64,000 nt of DNA from Methanomassiliicoccales archaeon. Lineage in GTDB: Archaea > Thermoplasmatota > Thermoplasmata > Methanomassiliicoccales > UBA472. Shown here piece after piece: positions 9,356 through 17,993 of this stretch (position 1 is its first letter; each line of letters opens with the position of its first letter). The notes beneath the pieces were generated by a model. That model ran no database searches. It saw only the letters and a program-made list of their open reading frames with translations, and was not told where the DNA came from. The translations under genes and the position numbers were made by a program. Location: contig JAVYMA010000009.1 of assembly GCA_038740345.1 (NCBI GenBank), forward strand, positions 3,017 to 67,016. The letters are read 5' to 3'.

Positions 9356-10558
9356 TCATCCCATATCATATATCACGAATCCTGACCATACTTTAGGATA
9401 GAAATATGTGGACTTCTTAGGCATCCTTTGTCCTGACTTAGCCACTTCCCAGATAAGATCCATGCGGGGTGGGGAAAGTATGATGGCCATGGCCACTCCT
9501 TCCTGCTCTGTTTTGGAGACGGCAGAGAGAGCATCGTGGTCATACTCCACCTTCACTTCCCCCTTCTTCTCCAATATTTTCTTGAGTATCAATTCTTCGC
9601 ATACATACGCGTCGATGGACCATAAGGGATCTTCCGACGGCCTCCAGGCCAGTTCGAGTATGAACATTCGACCTCCTGGCATCACCACACCAAGGCTGGG
9701 ACGTGAATTGTTTGCAGTGAGTCGGAAGAGCTCATCCATCGACCTGGCTTCCCAAACGGCGAAGAAATTGGATGCGCGTAGAAGGAATTCGTCTACCCCT
9801 ATCTGGACATTCCTGAAGATACGATGGGTGGGCAGAACCGCCAAGCCTGGATCGTTGCCTGCGACCAAGGTGGCAAGTAAATACTTTTTTCTCTCGTCAT
9901 CTGTGTTTTCTTGCGCGTACCTCAAAGCGGTCTCATAGCGGTGATGCCCGTCTGCTATGAGGAGCTTCTTGTTCTTGAGAACCGCATTCAATGTGGATTT
10001 CATGTCATTGTCCGAAATCCTAGAGAAGCAATGTTCCGTCCCATAGTTATCAATAAAAGTGAAGATTCTCTCCGCTCTCTCCTTCATCTCATCTAGCAAT
10101 CTTATGTCCATATCATCATAGATGCAGAATATCGATTCCAAATGGGCAGATGTGGCCCGCAGAAGGTTTAGCCTATCCTCCTTAACTTTGGGAAAGGTCT
10201 CTTCGTGAGGTGATATGTTGCCATTTTCATAAGGCTCTAATCGCAGAGCGCCCATCAGACCGGTCCTGGTTATCTTATGGTTCTGGTATGTAAATGTCTG
10301 AGTCAGCAGATAGTAGCATTCCTCCTCATCTTTCATTAGCTTTCCATGCTTTATCCACTCACGCAAGAGCCTCGCCGCTCTTTCGTAATTTGAGCCCTCA
10401 CCACCTAGCGTAATGCGGGACACATTGAAGGGCTTGGCTTGAAGGCCGAGCAACTCCTCTGGCGATATGACGTCATAGGGTGGAGCTACCCTCTGATCTA
10501 TGCTTTCAGCATCACTCAGCCTCGGAAGTAGCCCTTTGAAAGGGAGAAAATCGACCAT
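9356..10558 (-). CDS. DUF1015 family protein
   Basis: 400 aa, with N-terminal PFKGL...VAPPYDVIS and the family-typical LIADGHHRYETAL motif. Confidence 0.75.
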   Translation of the reverse strand: MVDFLPFKGLLPRLSDAESIDQRVAPPYDVISPEELLGLQAKPFNVSRITLGGEGSNYERAARLLREWIKHGKLMKDEEECYYLLTQTFTYQNHKITRTGLMGALRLEPYENGNISPHEETFPKVKEDRLNLLRATSAHLESIFCIYDDMDIRLLDEMKERAERIFTFIDNYGTEHCFSRISDNDMKSTLNAVLKNKKLLIADGHHRYETALRYAQENTDDERKKYLLATLVAGNDPGLAVLPTHRIFRNVQIGVDEFLLRASNFFAVWEARSMDELFRLTANNSRPSLGVVMPGGRMFILELAWRPSEDPLWSIDAYVCEELILKKILEKKGEVKVEYDHDALSAVSKTEQEGVAMAIILSPPRMDLIWEVAKSGQRMPKKSTYFYPKVWSGFVIYDMG

Positions 10559-10812
10559 TCATGCACCTTGCACGAGGGTAAGCATAGAAGATTGAATAAT
10601 TTTGCTGAAATCAGTTCTCGATGGAACAACAGCATTCCTGCGGACTAGTGACCTTCCTGCCAAGCTCGATTCGCTTGCCTTCTTATTCTAGGCCATCATA
10701 AATCGCCCTCATTATCTTATGATCAATGAAAATCTAAATTTCATTCAGCAGGCAATCTCAGATATGGTCAGCTAGCAATGAATCGCCCGATCGGGAAGGA
10801 AGACTTTAAGGA

Positions 10813-12369
10813 TCAAAGGTTCTCTAGCATCGCAAGATATCGCTCTCCCCATGCCAATATTTGTTTCCTTTCTTGATCTGGTAGCTCATCGAACAAGCGA
10901 AGCATCATCGCTACCCGAGGATTCTTTTTCAGCTTATCATAATGCCTATGCAAAAAAGTCCAAAAAAGGCTATTAAAGGGGCAGGACCTTGGGCCATACC
11001 TTTTTTGGGGATTATAATAGCAGCCTCGGCAATAATCGCTCATCTTCTTCATGTATCTAGCTGAGGAGATGTAGGGCTTGGTCGCCACGATGCCGCCATC
11101 AGCGAATTGACTCATGCCACGGGTGTTGGGCATTTCTACCCATTGCACAGCATCGATGTAAATTCCAAGATACCAGGCATCTACTTCGTCTGGATCTATA
11201 CCGCTCAAAAGAGCGAAGTTGCCCGTGACCATGAGTCGCTGGATGTGATGAGCAAATGCATATCTTAGCGACTGGAGAATGCAATGACGCATGCATTCCA
11301 TTCTCGTCTCCCCATTCCAATAATAGTGGGGCAATGCTCTTTCATGGCCAAAATGATTCATCTTACCATATTCGGGCATTCTGGCCCAATACACTCCTCT
11401 CATGTATTCCCTCCAGCCCAGGATCTGCCGCACGAAAGCCTCCACTTGTGGAAGCCCTATGTATGATTGGTCCTTATGGTAAGCGTCAACCGCCGCCTTC
11501 ATCACCTCCATGGGATGGAGCATCTTAGTGTTCAAGGCGAATGACAATCTGGAATGGAACATGGACCAATGTTCCTTAGACATCGCATCCTGATATCTTC
11601 CGAAATAAGGCAGACAATTCTGAAGGAAATAATCGAGGGCCTCTTTCGCTTGTTGCCTGTTGATAGGCCATATAAGCACATCATCTTCTATGCTCCCGAA
11701 TGTCTTCACACCCCTCTCCTGCAGCATCTCGCGCAGCTCCCTAACGTTATTCTGGAATCGCTTAGGCTCAGGTACGGAAAACTCACCACGGTAGGGTCGA
11801 CGATTCTCGCGGTCGAAATTCCAGACGCCGCCGAGGGGCTTCCCCTCTTTCATAAGGATATCAAATTTCCCTCTCATCATGCGATAGAATGGTTCCATCA
11901 CATACCTGTCCTTTCCACGAAAAAATTCCCTGAGCTCGAATCGTGAAGTCAGGAAATGCTCAGTGTCATAAGCTTTCCAGGGTATCGAGAGGCCCTTGCA
12001 GAGTTCCTTCAATTGCTCATCTAGCCTATATTCATCAGGAAGGAGATACTCGAATCTAGAAACCTTCTCTTTTTTCAAGATGCGCATCAGGTTGCCGTTT
12101 ATGGTTTGCAAGTTTGCTGGGTCATCGAGCTTTATGTAAAGCACCCTATGCCCCTTCTCACCAAGCTCTGCGGCGAAAGCGCGCATGGAGGCGAAGAAGG
12201 CCAGAACTTTTTGTATGTGATGCATGACATAATCGGTTTCCTGGCGCACCTCCATCATGACATAGAGAACCTTATCTTGAAAATCTCTTAGCCACGAGTG
12301 ATTGGGATTCAGTTGATCGCCTAGAATCAGCCTCAATGTTAGGTCATCCGCAGGCATGATAAAAATCAA
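10813..12369 (-). CDS. Cryptochrome/photolyase-family protein of the Fe-S bacterial type (FeS-BCP / (6-4) photolyase PhrB-like, COG3046)
   Basis: 518 aa. It starts LRLILGDQLN and shows the photolyase FAD-domain pattern (HIQRLMVTGNFALL, WYLGIYIDA.EWV). C-terminal cysteines (CRGCYYNP...SCPFNSLFW) fit the 4Fe-4S ligands of this subfamily. Confidence 0.75.
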   Translation of the reverse strand: MIFIMPADDLTLRLILGDQLNPNHSWLRDFQDKVLYVMMEVRQETDYVMHHIQKVLAFFASMRAFAAELGEKGHRVLYIKLDDPANLQTINGNLMRILKKEKVSRFEYLLPDEYRLDEQLKELCKGLSIPWKAYDTEHFLTSRFELREFFRGKDRYVMEPFYRMMRGKFDILMKEGKPLGGVWNFDRENRRPYRGEFSVPEPKRFQNNVRELREMLQERGVKTFGSIEDDVLIWPINRQQAKEALDYFLQNCLPYFGRYQDAMSKEHWSMFHSRLSFALNTKMLHPMEVMKAAVDAYHKDQSYIGLPQVEAFVRQILGWREYMRGVYWARMPEYGKMNHFGHERALPHYYWNGETRMECMRHCILQSLRYAFAHHIQRLMVTGNFALLSGIDPDEVDAWYLGIYIDAVQWVEMPNTRGMSQFADGGIVATKPYISSARYMKKMSDYCRGCYYNPQKRYGPRSCPFNSLFWTFLHRHYDKLKKNPRVAMMLRLFDELPDQERKQILAWGERYLAMLENL

Positions 12370-12497
12370 TATTTTTCAAAGGGGAAAAAGAGTTTCTTCC
12401 TATCATCGGAATTTGCCATGGGAAAACATGACTACTAACTTATTTCAAGTGGGGAAATCCAATCGGAGGCTAAAACAATTTTGAAGAAGGGGAAAAG

Positions 12498-12602
12498 TGG
12501 GCTCAGCCGGATTCGAACCGGCGAACTACGCCGTGTAAGGGCGTCGTCTGTCAGGAGCGTTGGTGTTGCCAAAGCTCCACATGACCGCTAGACCATGAGC
12601 CC
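12498..12602 (-). tRNA. tRNA-Val (anticodon UAC) with a 32-nt non-canonical intron in the D-arm (12548-12579)
   Basis: Read on the minus strand:
- Acceptor: GGGCTCA/TGAGCCC.
- Anticodon arm: ACGCC-CTTACAC-GGCGT.
- Variable loop: AGTTC.
- T arm: GCCGG-TTCGAAT-CCGGC.
- Discriminator A; no CCA.

The D region carries 32 extra nt. Removing them gives GTCT-AGCGGTCA-TGAC. Confidence 0.8.
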
Positions 12603-12623
12603 GCCACCGAAAGTGGCAGTTCG

Positions 12624-12633
12624 ATATTAAAAG
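12624..12633 (-). promoter_or_regulatory. TATA-like box upstream of tRNA-Val
   Basis: The minus strand reads CTTTTAATAT, centred about 26 nt upstream of the tRNA 5' end (12602). Confidence 0.35.
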
Positions 12634-12663
12634 ATACTCATGCTGAAGACGATATGAGTTGCG

Positions 12664-12694
12664 AAAAAAGGAAGAAAATTAAGAAAAGGGAAAA
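12664..12694 (-). terminator. Oligo-T tract downstream of the metalloprotease gene
   Basis: The minus strand reads CCTTTTCCCTTTTCTTAATTTTCTTCCTTTTTT just after the stop at 12713. Archaeal terminators are T-runs. This is positional inference. Confidence 0.35.
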
Positions 12695-12712
12695 GGTTTT
12701 TGTTGGGTTTTA

Positions 12713-15373
12713 TCAGGCATAGCCCATTTCATTGAAGAATCCCATAGAATAGTCGGCGTTCCCTGCGGTCGGGCTTATGATGATGTACATCTCCCGATAC
12801 TCCAAGAACGCGCCCATATGGCGTATGACGCTCTGGGTGACTTCCTCCATGCTCAGTGTGGTGATGATGGGCAGCATCCAGACCTTGCTGTTATAGCCCA
12901 CGCATCCCGGCATGTACAGTGTGACCAGCCAATGATTCAGCTGCGCAGGGGTGTCCGATTCCCAAGCATCCATGGGGATGGTCTCGCCGTTGAGGTAGGC
13001 ACCCTTCACATACCATCCACCCATGCTCGATGCCCAATCCGTCATGTAACGCAGCCTAACCATGACCACTTGTCCTGCCCACTCGCTGAGATCAAAGCTC
13101 GCCAAGACATAGCCACCGGACGAGCCGGTCAACCCAGGCAGGTTCTCCACTATCTCTTCCATGGCAGAGGGATCATATTCGATGGTGGTGTACTCATTGG
13201 CCACAGAGGTCCAAGACTCACCATCAGTGGATACCTGCACGAAGCCGAAGTCCCAATAGGGTTCTATGTCCCATGCCGTATCCAAGGTGAGTATGGCCTG
13301 CTCCATCTCTGTAAGGTCCAGCTCAGTGTAGAGGCTGTAGTCCACTAAGTCGCCCTTGTCTGACCACCAGCCAGTGGTTGTAATCAGGTCGCTGAAGGCG
13401 AGGTTATCAATCGCCATATAGCTGTTCCCTCCGTAGGTGACGAAGTCAAACCTTAGCTGGACTAAGAAGCCCGTGAGATCGGAAGCGTCCATGGTGAAAG
13501 TCTCGCTGACATCGTGGTCCCATAGGGCTAGCGTCTGGAACGGTCCTCCATTGAGAGAGTATCTAACCCGGCAGAAGTCATACGGCGTTCCCATTTCGAA
13601 GGTGAGGTCGAATGAGAGCTGTGCCTTGGTGTAGTCCCACAGGTTAATGTAGCTGGTATATAACCTTTCATATTGGTAACTCGGGATGAGGCTATATCCA
13701 GGCCCATAGACCTCGGCGAAATAATTACCTCCACCGTAAGTCGCCATATGCCACGGCCCTCCACCATACACTCCTACAGTTTGTCGCGACCAACCATGTG
13801 GCCATGAACCTCCGCGGTTGAAGTTCTCATAGTATATCTCATCATTAACTCCAATAGGCACTTGGGTCATCTGCCATCCTTTGGCTGTCTGCACATCGCC
13901 TTTGAACCTGAACTTGAGATCATAGGGGTAGAGGCCGTACCACCACGGTGGAGTGATGCTGGGCCCATCGGTTGGTTGTAAAATCATAGATGGGTTGACA
14001 TACACGTAGTCGGTACCATACGCACCCAGGTTGCGGATTCCAGTGGTGTATCCCTCATAAGTAGCTGTAGCGCCGAAGAACATTCCGCCAGAATACACAT
14101 CCCCTCCAGATGGCCACCAATCGTATACTCGCGGCCCGGAGCTGCTGCTCAGGTCTATGGATTTATAATTGAACCAGCCATTGCCGGGCGTGTCCTTCAG
14201 TATGAGGTTTGCCAGCCTCCAATAGTTGAAAGCTTTATCAAAGTTCCAGCCTTTTGCTCCTATCTCTCCAAAGGCGTAGTTTATCGTGTCTATGCCTGTG
14301 GTCCCAGCGGCGTGGACTATCACCTGCACCATCTCAGGTCCGAAATGATCTGCTAGATAGGTCGTGAACAATGCTGCAGCACCATAGTCGGCCAGGATGT
14401 TGATCTGTCCCTGGTCGCCCCAATCCACAAGTGAGTTGTCGGGGGTGTAGAAGAACCTGTCCACATAGGCCATGTCCAGGCCATAACCGCAGACGATTTC
14501 TGCGAACATGGAGCAGCCTTCATTTACGAATGAGATTTGGTCTGGGTTGAAGTAGTCATGCAGCAAGTGTTGATACTCATGGGCAATTGTTGACTCATAG
14601 ACCCAAGGCCTGCTGGAATTCGCTGTAGTCCGGTTGGCCCAATCCCAGCAGTCTATGTGGATTATGTTCCTGTCGTAAAGAGCGTCCATGGTCGAGGAGA
14701 AATATCCTGCGATGTATGATGGATATTCCGAATTGAAGAAGGACTCATCCACGATGTTGAATACCATGATCATTACTCTACCGGATACATTGGTCCCGAA
14801 GTAAGGCCTTCCCTGGGCCTTGAACCAAGAGTTCTCCCCATCGATCATTGGCTGCTCGCCGAAGAAATTGGTCATTTTGGGATAGATATTGGTCTCGAAA
14901 TGGTCGATCATGTATTGAGCTTGGGAATCGTTGATTGTGATCCTGCTCACGTAGGCGTTACGAGGATCCCCATCAGGGAACGTCATGTCAAGAGCGGTCC
15001 ATAATTCGCAATTCCGGCTTTCCCCTCTTTTCTGGAACAACATATAGCCGGTTGCGCCAGTTTCATTATACGCCCATTTGCCATAGGTTCCCACGTAATA
15101 CCTTGCAATAGATCCGTTGGCATAGATATTCCCCGGAGCTGCCAAGGCGTTAGCATTGATCGCAGAAAGCTCATAAGAAACGTCGTTCAGGTCGAGCTTC
15201 TGATAACGATACTCCTCGCTCGCATACATTCGCTCGGGTTCGGCGAATTTCGCCTCCATTTTTGCTGCAGGCGCCGAAGGCGCGCTCAAGGCCGGTGACA
15301 TTACGGCAAACGCGCCGAGCACCATTGCTAGCACAATCACTATGCTGAGAATCTTCGTTATATTTCTAAGCAT
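12713..15373 (-). CDS. Secreted or membrane-anchored zinc metallopeptidase (HExxH...NEG, gluzincin-like), 886 aa
   Basis: An N-terminal hydrophobic signal or anchor (ILSIVIVLAMVLGAFAVMSPALSA) is followed by TIAHEYQHLLHDYFNPDQISFVNEGCSMFAE (HExxH plus a downstream Glu). Large aromatic-rich flanking domains could not be assigned to a family by eye. Confidence 0.65.
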   Translation of the reverse strand: MLRNITKILSIVIVLAMVLGAFAVMSPALSAPSAPAAKMEAKFAEPERMYASEEYRYQKLDLNDVSYELSAINANALAAPGNIYANGSIARYYVGTYGKWAYNETGATGYMLFQKRGESRNCELWTALDMTFPDGDPRNAYVSRITINDSQAQYMIDHFETNIYPKMTNFFGEQPMIDGENSWFKAQGRPYFGTNVSGRVMIMVFNIVDESFFNSEYPSYIAGYFSSTMDALYDRNIIHIDCWDWANRTTANSSRPWVYESTIAHEYQHLLHDYFNPDQISFVNEGCSMFAEIVCGYGLDMAYVDRFFYTPDNSLVDWGDQGQINILADYGAAALFTTYLADHFGPEMVQVIVHAAGTTGIDTINYAFGEIGAKGWNFDKAFNYWRLANLILKDTPGNGWFNYKSIDLSSSSGPRVYDWWPSGGDVYSGGMFFGATATYEGYTTGIRNLGAYGTDYVYVNPSMILQPTDGPSITPPWWYGLYPYDLKFRFKGDVQTAKGWQMTQVPIGVNDEIYYENFNRGGSWPHGWSRQTVGVYGGGPWHMATYGGGNYFAEVYGPGYSLIPSYQYERLYTSYINLWDYTKAQLSFDLTFEMGTPYDFCRVRYSLNGGPFQTLALWDHDVSETFTMDASDLTGFLVQLRFDFVTYGGNSYMAIDNLAFSDLITTTGWWSDKGDLVDYSLYTELDLTEMEQAILTLDTAWDIEPYWDFGFVQVSTDGESWTSVANEYTTIEYDPSAMEEIVENLPGLTGSSGGYVLASFDLSEWAGQVVMVRLRYMTDWASSMGGWYVKGAYLNGETIPMDAWESDTPAQLNHWLVTLYMPGCVGYNSKVWMLPIITTLSMEEVTQSVIRHMGAFLEYREMYIIISPTAGNADYSMGFFNEMGYA

Positions 15374-15631
15374 CTTGCCCCTCCTTTAGATATTGTCACC
15401 TGGGCTAATGCGAAAATTAACCCTCTGGCGACTAGCTCTTTCGTGAAGCCAATTATTCAGTCGCTGACTATTTATAAATTATGTATCTGCTGGATAATAT
15501 TGACAATGTTGACAAGATAAATAAGAAGATTCTGGAATGTAAAATCGGCAGAGAAGGGGCTTTTTTTATGAAAATTTTAATATTCTAATCCTTCGACTAT
15601 ATTGGAACCGAAATAATAGAATACTCATTTC

Positions 15632-16249
15632 ATGTATCTTCCCAATAGAAGATATCCGATGGTGCAAAGAAGTCTTAAAGAAGACATTAGGACGGCATTT
15701 GCTACGCCAGGTACTTGGCCCACGATTAGGAGATATCTTGTCAACACTATCTTTGACTCAACGTTTGTTATGCTTGGCATCGTTATCGGGAGCGCCTTCT
15801 CCACCGATCCTAACTTGAGAATAATCATCGTCACGATATTGACTAGCTCGGTCGCGCTGGGTATATCCACTGGTGTCAGCACTTATGAGGCAGAGAATTT
15901 AGAGCAGAAAAAGAGGATAGCCGAAATCGAGAGGGCAATGCTTAGACAGTTAGAAGATACCCACATAGGTCGGTCGGCCAGGATAAGCATGCTCATCATC
16001 TCCTTCATCATCTTCCTTGCTCCGCTCGTGGTGGGGGGGATAATACTTACACCTTTTCTCCTCCTGGATGAAAGTCAGATAATAACCGAGGCTTATGTGG
16101 CCATAGGACTAGCGATTACCGTCCTCTTTGTCACTGGTGTTCTAATGGGTCGTTCTGGCAAGAGAAATCCAATTCTTCAGGGTGCCAGAATGGCCTTGAT
16201 TGGAGCAATTGCTTTCCTTATATGTTTCTATATCGAATCGCTGATCTGA
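15632..16249 (+). CDS. VIT1/CCC1-family membrane protein (putative Fe/Mn transporter)
   Basis: 205 aa. TM helices are separated by a charged helix (YEAENLEQKKRIAEIERAMLRQLE), the layout of short archaeal VIT-family proteins. An alternative ATG lies at 15659. Confidence 0.5.
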   Translation: MYLPNRRYPMVQRSLKEDIRTAFATPGTWPTIRRYLVNTIFDSTFVMLGIVIGSAFSTDPNLRIIIVTILTSSVALGISTGVSTYEAENLEQKKRIAEIERAMLRQLEDTHIGRSARISMLIISFIIFLAPLVVGGIILTPFLLLDESQIITEAYVAIGLAITVLFVTGVLMGRSGKRNPILQGARMALIGAIAFLICFYIESLI

Positions 16250-16279
16250 GATTAAAAACGTTTTTTATTGATATAGATA

Positions 16280-17326
16280 TCAACAAATCCGAGGTACTGG
16301 ATCACCTACTGGAGGCTCGAGAACCCTTTTACCTCCTACCTCCGTTTTTAGCACTACGCCCTTTATCCTCGAGGTTGCTCTACCGATGATGGCTGCTTTT
16401 CTGCCATATTCATGCCGACGAATGGTTTTGAGCACCTCTTCTGCCATCTCGGGGACTACTCCGAATAGCATTTTACCTTCATTTCCGATGGTCAACGGAT
16501 CAAGCCCTAACATCTCGCAGGCGTTTCGGACTGGTTCTGATATAGGTACGGCGTTCTCTTCTATCTCTATACCCACTCTAGATTTTGAGGCCCACTCATT
16601 CACTGCATTCGCTAATCCACCTCTAGTAGGGTCTTTCATGCAGACCACACCACCTACCTGAAGAACATCTTTCACAAGACCGTTCAAGGGTGCTATGTCG
16701 CTCGATATTTCAGTCTCGAAGCCATACCCTTCGCGGAAGGAAAGAAGAGCTATTCCATGATCCCCTAACGTACCGCTGACTATTATTACATCTCCATCGC
16801 GTAGGTTATCATCTGTCATCCAGTTAGAATCCACCTTGCGGTATTGGGAGGCGATCTCTAGGTTATGATCCAGATATTCATTTCTTCTTCCGATTCCCGA
16901 TGTGCATATGACCATCTTTTCGATGGCCCCCGCTTCCATGACCTTCGTATCGCCTGTAGCTACTGGGACCCCGCTTAGCCTTGACGTCTCCCCTATGCTT
17001 CTACTCACTCGCTCCAAGACATCGATCTCTAGCCCTTCCTCTAAGATCATCGAGCAGGAAATGGCCAAAGGTCTCCCCCCTATCGCCACTATGTCATTAA
17101 CCGTTCCGCAAACACTGAGTGATCCTATATCCCCGCCAGGAAAGAAGAGAGGCTTTACGGTGTGTCCATCCGTTGTGAATACGATTCCATCTACGACAGA
17201 AGAATCGTCAAAAGACTGTAAGGGCACTTCACTTTTTATCTGGGGCATAAAGGGCACGATATGTGTGTGGATGAGTTCCTGCATCATCTCGCCCCCCGCA
17301 CCATGCCCCATTGTAACCCGCTTCAT
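16280..17326 (-). CDS. hypE: Hydrogenase maturation protein HypE (PurM/AIR-synthase-like fold)
   Basis: N-terminus VTMGHGAGGEMMQELI and the exact HypE C-terminal motif ...GDPVPRIC, with a terminal Cys. Length is 348 aa. Confidence 0.8.
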   Translation of the reverse strand: MKRVTMGHGAGGEMMQELIHTHIVPFMPQIKSEVPLQSFDDSSVVDGIVFTTDGHTVKPLFFPGGDIGSLSVCGTVNDIVAIGGRPLAISCSMILEEGLEIDVLERVSRSIGETSRLSGVPVATGDTKVMEAGAIEKMVICTSGIGRRNEYLDHNLEIASQYRKVDSNWMTDDNLRDGDVIIVSGTLGDHGIALLSFREGYGFETEISSDIAPLNGLVKDVLQVGGVVCMKDPTRGGLANAVNEWASKSRVGIEIEENAVPISEPVRNACEMLGLDPLTIGNEGKMLFGVVPEMAEEVLKTIRRHEYGRKAAIIGRATSRIKGVVLKTEVGGKRVLEPPVGDPVPRIC

Positions 17327-17476
17327 GCCAGGTCCATAGCCACACCCATTTTAAACTATTCTCAAGTCCATTCAATCCTCGCCACTTAGTTCTCATCCTA
17401 TATCTAATCCTAACATTCTAACCTTTTAATTCAGACAAAGACTTATCTGGGCATGGTGCATAACCCGCCTGAGCAT

Positions 17477-17551
17477 GGGCCCGTGGGGTAGTCTGGATTA
17501 TCCTTCTGGCCTTCGAAGCCAAAGACCCGGGTTCAAATCCCGGCGGGCCCG
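17477..17551 (+). tRNA. tRNA-Arg (anticodon UCG)
   Basis: Cloverleaf folded by hand:
- Acceptor: GGGCCCG/CGGGCCC.
- D stem: GGGT/TCCT.
- Anticodon arm: CTGGC-CTTCGAA-GCCAA, with one C-A mismatch at 27:43.
- Variable loop: AGAC.
- T arm: CCGGG-TTCAAAT-CCCGG.
- Discriminator G. Confidence 0.8.
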
Positions 17552-17993
17552 CTCCTAAGGCTTTGTTCAGTGCTCGGCTTACTGATGTATTTAAGTCTGG
17601 CACCCATGGAGAGAAGGAATGAATGATTGGTTTACGATTTACCCGGAGGGCGTTTCAACACCCAAATGATTTAGGTAAGATTCAAGATGGCGTACCTGAC
17701 CAAGATAGGAGAGGTTCAATAAAAATTAGTCCCCCTTCACTTGAGGATCATAAAACCTATAATGAAAGTAAATGCTCTAACCGATATCAGTATACTGAAA
17801 GACCTACTAATTTAGGCGCCCTAAAACCAACTTGAAGTTTAGCATTGAGCTCACTGGAACCATTTGAAATAGATATTATTTAAAGTCTATTTCCATGATA
17901 ATCATTTCATTATCTAATTAATAATATCCAATTAATAAATAATCATACTCATCAAGAAGAAATCGTTGTAATTTGAAAATTCGAATACCCTCC

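Noticed and set aside
17418-17603. 61-aa minus-strand ORF.
   Set aside because: It runs straight through tRNA-Arg(UCG). It is an artefact of the GC-rich tRNA sequence.
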